Shown here: positions 39,235 through 51,362 of the stretch, one piece after another | Numbering within the stretch: position 1 is the stretch's first letter | Layout of the letters: each line of letters opens with the position of its first letter | DNA from: Microthyrium microscopicum | Taxonomy: Eukaryota | Length of the DNA: 64,000 bases | Direction: 5' to 3' | Assembly (NCBI GenBank): GCA_010405405.1 | Contig: MU004246.1 | Location: 124,001 to 188,000 of the forward strand | The notes under the pieces: generated by a model | Database searches by the model: none | The model's input: the letters and a program-made list of their open reading frames with translations, nothing else | Told to the model about the DNA's origin: nothing | Program-made: the position numbers and the translations under genes

Positions 39235-39590
39235 AAAGTAAAGTTATAAGTAAGTATAAAAAAAATAATAAAGTAAAGTATAGTAAATAAAAAGAAGTAT
39301 AAAGTTATAAATAAGTTAAAAAAAAAGAATAAAAGAGAACGTAATATATAAAGAAAAGTATAAGGTTATAAGTAAATTAAAAAAAAAAAATAAAGAAGAG
39401 TATAATAAGTAAAGAGAAGTATAAAATTATAAGTAGATTAAAAAAGAAGAATAAAAAAAAGCATAGTAAGTAAAAAAGAGTATAAAATTATAAATAAGTT
39501 AAAAGAGAGTAATAAAGAAGAGTATAGTATATAAAGAGGAATATAAGATTATAAGTAAGTTAAAAAAAAAGAATAAAGTTATAAGTAAAT
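39235..39590 (+). repeat. 61-bp purine-rich tandem repeat (~6 units) within the hAT
   Basis: TTATAA anchor at 39244, 39305, 39366, 39427, 39488 and 39549 (period 61). Confidence 0.85.
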
Positions 39591-41699
39591 AAAAAAAAAT
39601 AATAAAAATAAATATAGAGATTATAAAGAATTTAAGATTAAGAAAGAAATTCTAAGAAATAAATAAATAAAGTTAAAAAGAATATAGTTATATTAAAATA
39701 ATAAAGTAAGCTAAAATAATATAATAAAAGTTAATAAGGTATAGATTATATAGTAATTAATTAAAAAAAGTAAATAACTTAATAAAGTAAGCTATAGAAT
39801 AATTTATAACCTATAATAAATAAGAATATTTAGAATATTAGTCTTTAACTTAATAGAACTTAGTTTAAACTAATAAGAAAAGGATATTATAATAAATAAA
39901 TATTTTAAAAGATAGAAGCTATAATAGATTTTCTAGATTCTAATTAATATTTTTATAACTTTTTAAAACTTAGCCTTAATAGTAGCTTAATACTAGTATA
40001 AAGTTTAATATATCTTAATTATAAAATACTAGTCTTAATAAGTTTTATTACTTTTAACTCTTTATAATAAATTATCTATATACTATTATTAAATATAGTT
40101 ATACTTTAAGACTATAACTTTAAACTCTTTAAATCTATATAACTTTTTAATCTTTATAAGTTTATTTAAGTTATAATACTAACTTTATTCTTTATTTTAA
40201 ATTTTACTTATTATTATTTTTTTATTTTTTTTTTTCTTACTAAATTTTTAATAGTATTTATATTTATTTTACTACTCTTCTAAGTAATAAATCTTAGAAA
40301 TAAATTATAGTAAAAATTATTTTATTATATTAAGTAAACTTTTACTACTATAATTATATACTTTTATATAATAAACTTTAAAAAATCTATTATAAATATT
40401 TTTAATTAATATAAATAGTATAAACTTAAATTACTATAATAATAATAATACTACTTATACTTCTTATTATTAATATCTATACTTATTTACTCTTTAAAAC
40501 TATAGTTCTAAAACTTTCTAATATAAAAGTACTATATAATCTATAAGTAGCTAATTATTATTTTTTAGTAAGTACTTTAATAGTAATACTCTTTAAATAG
40601 CTACTAATAATAGTTATAATTTTTTCTAGTAATATAACTTTTATAACTAAAGATAATTAAGATAAAGAGTACTTTAGTTATTTATTCTTAGCCTTATAAT
40701 TATTTTTAAATTAAAATATTCTTTTTTATTTAATTATTATTTAGATATAAAGATATAAGTAGGTTAATTTAGATAGTATTTTTTATTATTATAATAAGAA
40801 AAATATAATAAAAATTAATTAGTATATTATTTTTTTAAATTAAGTATAGAGATTAATAAGCTATTAAGATATTCTTACTTTAAAGTTTAAATATTATATT
40901 AAGTAGTATAATAAAGTTAATTATAGAAATAATTTTTAAATTTAGTATATCTTATATAGCGTATTATAACTACTTAAATAAAACTAGTATTACTTTTTAG
41001 TAAATATACTAGTTAAGAAAAATAAAATAATTAACTATTAGTAATAACTAAACTAAATATAAATTATATAAAGAAATAACTTTATAAATCTTTAGTTTAT
41101 AGAATTACTTTTAAAGAAAAGAGATTAGGCTAAGTAGTTCTAAGGAAAGCTAAAAAATATAATAGATTAAGAAAAAGTTTAATAATATAGTAATATAAAA
41201 GGTTAAAAAAAAAAACGCGTTATATTAGTTACTTTCTAAATTACTAGATTAATTAAATTAGTATAATTAGGAAGTAGATAATTAGAATATAGAGTATAAT
41301 TAATTAATATTAAAAAGGAAGAAAGAATAAATAAAAGTTTTTATAAATAATATTATAAGATAATATAAATAATACTAGATTTTTAATTAATACTTTTTTA
41401 ACTTACTAATTTTATTCTTTTAAAACCTTAAGTTTTTTTAATAAAGTTAATACTACTCTAAATTATATTTTCCTTTACTTTTACCTTTAATTCCTTTATA
41501 TCTAGAGCTAGCTTAATAACTTCTTTCTTATTATTATAACTTACTATCTAAGATAAAGGTACTACTACTAATAGTATTATTTTAAACTCTCCTATTAGTA
41601 TATTATTTTTTAGCCTACTAGTACTTATTTTTCTTATTTTTAGTATAATACTTAGAGTATTAAAAAAATCTAGTAATTAAGAAAAGAAAATATATTTAT

Positions 41700-44100
41700 A
41701 AAGTAAAAATATTAATAACTATTTCTAAACTTAGTAGTAAATTATATCTTAGTTTACTACTAATTAAGAAAAGCTAATTTTTATATAAATAGATCCTTAT
41801 TAGTATAATAAGAAAAAAAACCCTATTTAAGATAATATATAAGTAAGTACCTTTAAGTTTATTAGCTAGCCTTATTATTACTATATTTATTATTATAAGT
41901 TTTTTAAATACTACTACCTTTATAAAGATAATACTAGTATTTCTTTTATTAGGTAAGGATTACTTAATAAGTATATTACTTCCTAAGATTATAATAATAT
42001 TACTATAGCTAAAGATAATAAAGATTAGATTATACTTAATTAAATAAGATTAACTATAATTTTAATATATTTAATTCCTACTATACTATATTATTACTAA
42101 TTATAATATTTATAAATATATAATATAAAGCTTAAAGCTACTTATAGCTTTAATAAGTATAAAATTATACTATAAGATTTTCTTACTTTATAAATATATT
42201 TAATTATAGCTAAAGGTTTTTTTCTTAATATATTTAAATTATAATTTATATAATAAGTTATTAACTACTATATACTATTAAGTATTTAACCTTAATTTAC
42301 TTTATAGAAAACTATTACTTTAAAAGTTATAAAATAAGTTATAATTAATTTTATAAAGTTAAGAAAGAAGTTTATTTAACTAGGTAATAATATATATATT
42401 AGCGTTTAGTTAAATAAGTAATCTTTAAATTTTACTTATAAAGGATACTTAGCTATTATTAAATAATAAATTACTCTATAATAAAAATAAAAGAAGAAGC
42501 TTCTTAGCTTTTCTTCTATTATTAGAAAGTTTATAAGTAAAGCTTATACTAAACTTATAAGTAATATATTTAATTAATATAGTATTACTAAAAAGGTTTA
42601 CTTTATTATAGTTAATAATACTAGTAATAATAAAATAATAGTATTTATATTAAATATATATTAATACTTTAAGTATATTATAAGTATTATTTAAGTTCTT
42701 TATATATTTTATATTATTTAATTAGTATAAGATACTTTACTTTTCTATTTTAGCTATAAGTTTATAAATAAAGAAATTAAATAAGTATTTATTAAAGAAG
42801 ATATTTTAAAAGAAAGGAAACTTATTATAAAATATAGCTTAGTTACTCTTACTTTATATAAGGTAAGTTAGTTCTTATTTTTAGTAAGTTAAAAAAGTAT
42901 TAATTAGAATAGCTAATATAGTCTAGGCTTATAGTATTACTAAGTATATTAGCTTCTTTAAATTATATCTCTTTAGGTTCTTTATTTACTTAGCTAGTTT
43001 TTATTTTAATAAATTCTAAATATTTAATCTATATTCTATTAATAAATACTAAAATAATTTTAATTCTTATAATAACCTTTAGCTAATCTAAGATATTAAA
43101 ATATATTAGGACTTAATAATAATAATAAGACTTTACCTTTAAATTATTAAGATACTTCTTATATATTTCTTTATTACTAAAGCTTATAAAGCTAAAAAAA
43201 AGAAGAATTAGTAATAGATAAAGATTCTTATACTATCTAATATAGAATAAGCTAATATTAAGTATCTAGTTTAGTTTATTACTCTATTTAATACTATAAC
43301 TTAGATTCTTAATAGATTTAAGGCTTTATCTATTTATAAAGTTCTTTTATACTTTTAAAAGCTCTTTTAATATATTAATAATAAAGAAGCTATTTTAAGT
43401 AAATATATACTAATAAGTACTTAACTATATTAGTAGAGTAAACTTTAATTTAGTCTAAAAAAGGCTTAAGAAAAATTATAAATATACTTTAACTTAATAT
43501 AAACTAATATCTAACTATAGTATATTTATACTTTTAGTTAGTTATTATCTTCTTATATAGCTAAGTTTACTTTTACTAATCCTTAATAAAAGAACTACCT
43601 TAGTTTAAATAGTTTATCTTAGCGTAATATAATAATTAAAGACTTTTATAAAGTTTAGCTTAAGAAATATAGTAATTTAAATACTTAATTTAATAATATA
43701 GAACTAATTATAGATAATAATAACGTTATAGTAGATAATAGCTTAACTAGCTTATCTTTATCTAATAAGTTTATATAATACTTTAAAAATAGTATATTTT
43801 TATTATTATATTATTTATAATTTACTAATATAATAATAGTATTTATAAAGAATAATAATCTTCTTCTTATATAAAAAGAAAATAATAATTTAAACCTCTA
43901 CTTAATAATAGCTTATATAGTATATAATTATTTTTATATATTAGCTACTAAAGTTAGAGTAGAATATATCTTCTTTATTACTTATAATTAATTTAAATAT
44001 AATTATCTTTACTTTTTTTAGATATTTTATAACTTTATACTATTATAAGATATACTTTACTAATATAATAATAATAAGTTTACTAAATTAATAGCTAATA
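41700..44100 (+). pseudogene. RIP-destroyed hAT transposase (limits approximate)
   Basis: At ~42390-42640: ISV*LNK*S..KGYLAIIK**IT..KLLSF..VYFIIVNNTSNN, corresponding to LDxWS..YLAI..HWI..ELLGF..TxDNASNN. At ~43860-43990: LLI*KE..YLIIAY..NYFYILATKVRVEYIFF, corresponding to the hAT dimerisation motif PATxVxxERxFS. Confidence 0.85.
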
Positions 44101-46432
44101 TTTTAGACTATTAAGGTAATTTTAATAAGATTAAAGTAGAAGTTAGTATATATAAAAAATATATTAATATAATTATAAAATAACTTATAAATACTTTACT
44201 TAATTATATTTATTTTAATAATCTTAATACTATATACTATTAGATATTTAATTATATAACTTATTATAAAGATTTAGATAGGTTACTTATTATTTTTAAT
44301 AGAGAAGATAATTTAGATAATTTAGATAAGAATAATAATATTTTAAATAAAGATATAGATAAAGCTAGTAAAAATAGTTTTAATAATAAAAATAATACTA
44401 GTTTTAGGTTTATTAAAGAGAAAGAAAACCTTAAAGGTACTAGTACTAGTAAATTTATAAGCTTAGAGACCTCTTTTAGATTTTATAGTATAAATTTAGA
44501 TAATAATAAGAATAATAATAAAGTAAAAAATAGTAATATATAAGACTCTTTTTATAAATAACTACTAAAAAATATTAGTAAGCTTCTACTTATAATAGCT
44601 ACTAGTAGAAAAGTTTATAAACTAATATTTAAATCTATTTTTTAATAAGAATTAGAGAATAAGTAAAAGTAACTACTAATAAGTATAGTTTTTAATAAGG
44701 CTAATAAAAAGAAGAAAGTTTAAACTAGTTATTAAGGTTTTAGTAGTAATAACTAGTTAATATATAGTTTAATCTATATACTATACTAAATATTTTAATT
44801 AATACTTTTCTAACTTTTTAATTTATATACTAAATTATTCTTACCTACTTAGCTTTTACTAATTATATTAAATATAGTAACTTTTCCTTTATAATCTAAA
44901 TAGGTTATATACTAAATAAACCTTACTTAATAAGTTCCTAATTTAGGTTTTTTAAGTTCTTTAAGTCTAATCTATAATAATTTTATCTTATTTAGATTAG
45001 GTATAGGTTTTATAATATATTTTTAAAACCTAACCTAATACTAAGAACCTATATATATTAGGTTAACCCTAATAGGTTACCTAACCTATACCCTAGCATA
45101 GTTAGTAGTAAGGATAGATACAAAGGCTTATAAGACTATATAATTATTAATCTTAATCTTGGGTTAAAGGGAAAATTCGGAACGAGCTAATCATTAAATG
45201 TTGGGAAAGTCATGGTTAGTAAGCAATATGTTCGCCAAAGCTCCAGTAGTGTGATGGTTACACCAATCAATGCACGAGCTTGCAATTCTGGTATGCTTCC
45301 ACCCTAATCCGGAATAGTGGAATTATTCTGACCTTCCATCTGTGCTTCCCCTGTCAAAGTTTCATTTTCGACACGCTGTATCTTCATGCCTTGCTTCGAT
45401 ATATTGTCTTCAAGGCTGCCGTTCAATTCGCTGCCTCGTAGCTCCACTGAGCTGTATCAGATGTGCAAATGCTTGATCATGCTTTTACGTATGAAGCAAC
45501 CTGCCGTTTAACTTCTCGAATCGGCTGAAGACTCATCACTTACGTGGCTTGCCAGTTCCATCTTGCGATTAACGGAAGAGGCTTCGTAAATGCGTCGGCC
45601 TTTGAAAAATCCTATTGGTCATTTGCATTGTTGGGTGGGTATTTGACTGCTTTACTGACAGGTACCCCTTAAGTCAATGACATCCCAAAAGCTTGAAACA
45701 TCTAAGAAACACCTGCACGTTACAACATGCCAAGGTCTGCACACGAGTTTCAACCTTCTTCATGTCCTCTAGAAGATATCCACCAACACAGTGCGATAGT
45801 ACCTCCAACAACTTTTGCCTGAAATCCCGTTCACGGTAGTTGATCAAAGCATATTAGTAACTTTCAATGATCCTGGAATTACGGTATCGAACAGTGCTTA
45901 GGTACGTAAGTGGTTACTACTGCTGGGGATCATACAACGATCGAGACTGCTGGGTCAAACTCTGATGGGTAATCATGGAAGGGTTGTCTGGAAAAGCTCT
46001 GCCTTTTGAAGGTATGGTCTGATTGAATTCCATAAGGGCTATTCAGCTACACAGTCTCGATCCAATGATACACAAGAATGAAGAGACTTCTAAACCCTTT
46101 TGTTTCCTCTTTTGCTATCCCTATTGGTGTCTCCGAGCCTGATACATAGGTCGGTTCACCATATGCATGCAAATGGGACCGCGCAACCATCAAAACACCA
46201 ACTTCTTACACATCAAAAGCTGACAGGAGAAGTGCATTCTTGTAAACCTACGTCAGAACCGCTCAGAGTATACTTCCTGTTATCTCCAAAATACCTCTCG
46301 ACTAAAACTTTTGGGCCTCTGAAGCTTTTGTTTCGTTCCTTCGATGCATCTTGGGCAAACTTTATGTTCAACAGCCCGCAAAACAGCAAGTAATTAGAAA
46401 CTCTTGCTGATATCTCAACAAACAAGTCGACT

Positions 46433-47638
46433 ATGACCTACATCAACGGTTTTCGGAAGCGAGACTCTTCAAAGAAACCAGTTCCTAGAGACTCATTCCC
46501 ACCAAATCTTGGTGGCTATCCTGGATTTCCCATTCCAGGCCCGGCCGCGAAAGGCTCACCAATAATCGAAGGACCAAATCTGGATTCACCTGGGGACGCA
46601 GCAGAGCCAATTTCCTATCACCTACCAGAGAGCATTAACGTACCCACTCCTACCGGAACAGTTAACAGTGCAGTTGCGACTATGAGTGCATTGCCCTCAG
46701 TCGTCATGCCTACGGGCACCAACGCACTGAGTTCACCATCCGTAGCTCCACTACCCGTAGAACAGACGTCTGCAATGAGCGAAACTATGCCATCACTTGG
46801 ACCAATGTCAACACTAAGTGGATTTACAAGTACTTTGAATTCTCCACCAAGCTCGCTCCAGACAATCCCATCACCATCGTCACCATCTTCACCATCCCCA
46901 GTCTCATCACTGTCTTCATTGTCTTCATTGTCCTCACCAACCTCACCTCCACAAACCACCGCTGCACCAGCAGCGCCTGGCACAACCCAGGCATCAACCA
47001 TCACAGGAGCCAGCCAAACCCTCCTCGCCGCCGGAGCAAGCACATCCACCCCCCAAGTCCAAGCACAAGCCCACTCCCAAAGCAGCGTCGTAGTAGGCGC
47101 CACAGTCGGCTCCATAATCGGCGCCTTCATCCTCTTCATCCTCGCCTTCTTCATAATCCAATACAAGCGCGGCGCCATGTTCAAGACCCACCGATCCTAC
47201 CTTCACATGCAAGACCAGACCACCGAGCCCCAACCATTCCCTCCGCGACGCCATTCCATCTCATCCGCGACAACGCTAGGCAATTTCATGGCGCCCTCGG
47301 TCTATGCGCGAGAGAGTATGCTGCCTCCTTCACGGCCAGAGACGGCTGCTGTACGACCGGATACTGCGTTGCGACAAGAGACGGCGTTGCGGCCAGCGAG
47401 TAGTCGGATCATGACAGATGCGCCGCGGATTTCGTGGATGAGCTTTTCGAGTCCGGCGCATACGATGGTGCCGTCGGTGAATGATGGGTATTTGGAGGCT
47501 TCGAGGCCGGCTCCGCAGCCTAGTGGACTTGGATTGAGACTTAATAATAATGAGCCTGAGCCGCAAACTCAGGCACCGGGGGGATGGGGGCGCTTGACAT
47601 CTTGGCTTGAGGATAATCGAAGAAGGAGTAGAGCGTAG
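46433..47638 (+). CDS. Ser/Thr/Pro-rich single-pass membrane protein (mucin/Mid2-like architecture), 401 aa
   Basis: Long S/T/P region, TM helix VVVGATVGSIIGAFILFILAFFII followed by basic QYKR, then a cytoplasmic tail. Confidence 0.85.
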   Translation: MTYINGFRKRDSSKKPVPRDSFPPNLGGYPGFPIPGPAAKGSPIIEGPNLDSPGDAAEPISYHLPESINVPTPTGTVNSAVATMSALPSVVMPTGTNALSSPSVAPLPVEQTSAMSETMPSLGPMSTLSGFTSTLNSPPSSLQTIPSPSSPSSPSPVSSLSSLSSLSSPTSPPQTTAAPAAPGTTQASTITGASQTLLAAGASTSTPQVQAQAHSQSSVVVGATVGSIIGAFILFILAFFIIQYKRGAMFKTHRSYLHMQDQTTEPQPFPPRRHSISSATTLGNFMAPSVYARESMLPPSRPETAAVRPDTALRQETALRPASSRIMTDAPRISWMSFSSPAHTMVPSVNDGYLEASRPAPQPSGLGLRLNNNEPEPQTQAPGGWGRLTSWLEDNRRRSRA

Positions 47639-47928
47639 AGATGAAATTGTTTCTTGGCTCGTGAGGGTTCTTTTGGCGCGACTGAGATGTTGAAAAGCTT
47701 GATGCTACATTTTGAACTAGAGTAATTCCTTTATAATCTGTCACCATAGTATGCATATTTCAGTTTAGAATACCTAGAATTAGCCGTTGCATTGAATTTG
47801 AGCGTTTATCATAGAATTCATTGCTTTTCCGAATTCAACTTGAAACAATGGATCCAGAAATTTATTGAAAGATATCATCAATAGTGGGCGGCTAAGTGAA
47901 CAGTTAGCATAATCCATGTGATCCTACT

Positions 47929-48726
47929 CTACTTCCGCAACTCCCTAGGGGTGTTGTGCAACTTAGAAGCGATTTGAGCAGCAAGCTCCCAGTTTATTTG
48001 ATTCGACTCTCCTTTATCTTGAAAGACCCGAAAGCGAGACGCATAAATCATTGGGCCTGCGTAAAACCGAGTTTCTGGAGGCAGCGGTGGATCAAGGTGG
48101 TATGACTTTGCGCGGAGAATATCGTCCTTCAGAGACCTCAAGTATGGAGATAGGGTCAGAATGACATCTTCAATCGTAACGGCGCCTTCTTTTCCTTTTC
48201 CCATGACACCAATAGGTTTAGGCTCATGGTAAACTCCTTCACAGGTGCAAGCTCCCTCGGCGCCTTCCTCGTCCGCGAACTCGCACTCGCAGTAACCAAA
48301 AGTCTCCTCAGCATATTGACCAAGACAGTCGACACCGACCTCGAGCGAACTACATGGTGGGTTGGTAACTGCAGAGTATGCTACCTGATGGAAGCGACCA
48401 TCGGAAGCTTGGAATGGTTTTGCTGGAGAAGATGCGTCCAATGGATCGTCAATAACCATTATGTCATGGAGTTCGGCAAAGACTGGCCACCTGATCCGCA
48501 GAGAATCTTGAGACGGGTATAGATGTCCAGCATTCGCCTGTCCTCTATAGTGGTCGGCAGGTTGTGGAACTCCGTTATCAGGTGGATAATACTGTTTGTT
48601 GTCATCGTGACCTGTGATATCTTTCCCTGGATATTCGTCGTTGCTGAAGGGTCGTCCATGGTTGATGGGTCCTGCATGATTCCGCCCGTCACCCATGCCG
48701 GGCAATGCCTTCTTGACGCGTACCAT
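47929..48726 (-). CDS. Hypothetical protein (~265 aa)
   Basis: Long ORF with globular composition. First ATG at 48726 (MVRVKKALPG). No family recognised. Confidence 0.7.
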   Translation of the reverse strand: MVRVKKALPGMGDGRNHAGPINHGRPFSNDEYPGKDITGHDDNKQYYPPDNGVPQPADHYRGQANAGHLYPSQDSLRIRWPVFAELHDIMVIDDPLDASSPAKPFQASDGRFHQVAYSAVTNPPCSSLEVGVDCLGQYAEETFGYCECEFADEEGAEGACTCEGVYHEPKPIGVMGKGKEGAVTIEDVILTLSPYLRSLKDDILRAKSYHLDPPLPPETRFYAGPMIYASRFRVFQDKGESNQINWELAAQIASKLHNTPRELRK

Positions 48727-48834
48727 TGGAATCAAAGTAGGTAATGAGTAATGTGTATGTGTGTATGTGTCTGTTACCGATTTGCTGCTGTATTGATTTG
48801 AAGTTATGGTGGAAGTGTGTATATAAAGCACTAG

Positions 48835-49099
48835 CGTAGTAGTACCTACTAGGGAACTAATATAATAAGAAATACTTATATAGATATGAAAGAAATTACA
48901 AAAAAATAAAAATAATAGATTAAAATAAACTCGAAGATGAGAAAGAAATAAAAATAAATAAAATAATAAGCGGATCTAAAAGACCGGAAATTAGAATAAG
49001 AGTACTAAAATATAACGGCTTACGAAATAAACTAAAGAAGTTTAAGACAAAAGTAAGAAGAAAAGAAGGCCACGAAGCAAAAAGTGTTCATGACTCCAC
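48835..49099. repeat. Short AT-rich RIP-like relic
   Basis: Abrupt A-rich, TpA-rich patch between normal-GC sequence, flanked by AGCACTAG at 48827-48834 and 49100-49107. Confidence 0.45.
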
Positions 49100-49972
49100 A
49101 GCACTAGGGCTTCCTCAATGGTGAAGTTGGAGCAGGAGATGTTGGCACGGCCGCGTTGCCATCCTACGTCCTTGAGACAGGATCAGGAGTATTCCATGGC
49201 AATATCAGCCAGTGTTATCATAGGATCTGACGGGGAGTCAGTCATCTCTCAAGGATCATTGATTCCTCCCGCGATTTGTTCCTGACGGTAGCTAAGACCC
49301 TGCCAATGCTGGTGGTATCCTTGATATGGCAGGTCGAAGGTGATGAGAGCCTTGACTTGCCTCTTCAGTGTAGTTCCAAGTGTGGTAGTTTCATGCCGTT
49401 GACTAACTCTATTATGCTCTTTCACAACCAAGGGAATTTCTTCACTTCAACTGAACTCAAAAAGTAGCTTTGCCTTCGCTATCATTGGCAACAACCCACA
49501 AAGCCCGCACCGCATATCGCTATTTCAATAGCACGAAGAACCATGCTCGTCCGCGATTATTTATATTAACCTCGCCGTGGATTAGCACGACCACCAGCCC
49601 ATCTTCACCAGGTTAGCCCTAGGTACCATCAGATCCTGCCGGCGTGAATGGAGGATCGAATCCTAGAAACTCCCAAGGATTCTCCTACTAATAAATCCTA
49701 CGAGGCGATGACGCTCCCTGATCTTGTGGTCTGTTTCGTCACCAAGAAGCGATTATACCTTTTTGAACCAGTAGAGAGGCGTTATTATTTGCCCCTGCCA
49801 ATTATGAGTTGGGATGCTTAGATCTTGGGTTGGGGATCTGGGAGGCGAGGAGGTTGATATATAACTTGATGATTTGCGCGGGTTTTGGGCAGCGATAGTA
49901 TTGCTTATATCGATATACATACCTGACTACAAACCTATCTTTCAACGACTTCATATACCACAGATATCAATC

Positions 49973-51136
49973 ATGACGGCCTTCGGTTCCTTGGGAGAGA
50001 AGTTCAGCAGGCGGAAGCACCAAAAGACAAACTCAACAACAACAGTAGAACAACACACAACAGAAATCATACGCGAAAGAGATGTGAAATCCCCCTTCGG
50101 CTTCAACTCCGAGAAACACGACGAATCCTCTCATATCGACGAAATCATCAACCAAGACTCCTACAACAAAGAGATCTATACATCAAATAGCCGACCAGAA
50201 TCCCACAACCTACTCTCACCCACCACCGACCAATTCAGCACCAACGAAAAACCCACACACCAAAACCGCCTCTCCCGCCGCATATCCCTCGCCATCGCAC
50301 AAAAACAGACCACCCACCAGCACGCGCGCAAAACCAGCGATCTCACCGCCCTCCTCTGCGAAGCCTCCGCCGTTGGCAACACACAATCCCTCGGCCGCAT
50401 TCTCGGCGCAGGAGGCAGTCTCGAGAAGAAGAACGCCGATGGCTTGACCCCTCTACACGTAGCGGCCATGGCGGGCCAAGGAGATGCAGTGCGGTGTTTG
50501 GTGCGGATGGGTGCTAGCATGGATGTGAAAGATAGCCATGGATATCTGCCCATTCATCGAGCTGTGATGAGCAACCAGACACATCTTGTTGCACATCTAG
50601 TCAATCTTGGCGTGGATGTCAATGCGGTGGATTCAAAGGGGCGGGCTGCATTGCATTTGGCGGCAGCGCAGAGACAGGTGGTTAGTCGATCGACCTCTCC
50701 TGCAAATGCGTCGAGGCGGACGTCCCAGACGAGTCAGTTACGGTTCAGTTTTGCGTTTGGTGGACAGCAGGATATACACAGTCGCAGGCCATCGACAGCA
50801 TCGGCAAGAAGTGTGTACGATGATTGTAGTATGATTGAAGCATTGGTTCGTGCTGGTGCGGATGTGGAGATCAGGAATAAGGAGGGCGAGACACCATTGC
50901 ACGTTGCCTGCCGCGAGGGTATCACTGAGAACGCTCGACTACTGCTGGATGCAGGAGCAGTTGTCAATGTCCGGAACGAAGCTGGTCTTACTGCGCTTGG
51001 TGTTTTGGCAGCAGCCGAGGAGTGTAACGACTCTCTGTCGGCGCTGCTCCTTGAAAGAGGAGCACAAGTTACACCGATAACATCTAGTGCACCAGCACAG
51101 AGGATGAGCTTTTTATTTGGTAAAAGCAAGGAATAA
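49973..51136 (+). CDS. Ankyrin-repeat protein
   Basis: Ankyrin motifs GLTPLHVAA, GYLPIHRAV, GRAALHLAA, GETPLHVAC and GLTAL. First ATG at 49973. Confidence 0.92.
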   Translation: MTAFGSLGEKFSRRKHQKTNSTTTVEQHTTEIIRERDVKSPFGFNSEKHDESSHIDEIINQDSYNKEIYTSNSRPESHNLLSPTTDQFSTNEKPTHQNRLSRRISLAIAQKQTTHQHARKTSDLTALLCEASAVGNTQSLGRILGAGGSLEKKNADGLTPLHVAAMAGQGDAVRCLVRMGASMDVKDSHGYLPIHRAVMSNQTHLVAHLVNLGVDVNAVDSKGRAALHLAAAQRQVVSRSTSPANASRRTSQTSQLRFSFAFGGQQDIHSRRPSTASARSVYDDCSMIEALVRAGADVEIRNKEGETPLHVACREGITENARLLLDAGAVVNVRNEAGLTALGVLAAAEECNDSLSALLLERGAQVTPITSSAPAQRMSFLFGKSKE

Positions 51137-51362
51137 TTGAGACAAGAATTTGACGAGAGTTCTCATTAAGAAGCACTGTATATACCCATATACCACCATC
51201 GAATTTGATGATATCATTATAACTCATGCTTAACTGGGGGTTTCCAGCTTCCGCAGTTGGCGTGTTATTGATGCAAGCCAATCTATCAGTGAAAACGTGG
51301 ATTCCGGGCCAGTAGGATCAGTCTCGAGTGCCATGAACACAAAACACCCGCTGATATCACAC

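Larger units (their letters stand above)
27772..45100 (+). mobile_element. Large RIP-inactivated hAT transposon (~9.9 kb own sequence) with nested Gypsy element
   Basis: TIRs TATGCTAGGGCATAGGTTAGGT (27772) and ACCTAACCTATACCCTAGCATA (ends 45100). 8-bp TSD GTTGGTAG (27764-27771) / GTTAGTAG (45101-45108), differing by one transition. Subterminal TAGGTT/AACCTA arrays at both ends. hAT transposase relic near the right end. Confidence 0.9.

Noticed and set aside
39235..39590. 61-bp periodic array as a CRISPR-like locus
   Set aside because: Whole units are similar, with no unique spacers. The context is eukaryotic and there are no cas genes.
35600..45100. Extremely AT-rich DNA suggesting a mitochondrial insertion or centromere
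   Set aside because: It is bounded by TIR/TSD, contains a transposase relic and shows TpA bias, and no mitochondrial genes were recognised. Centromere status cannot be judged from sequence alone.
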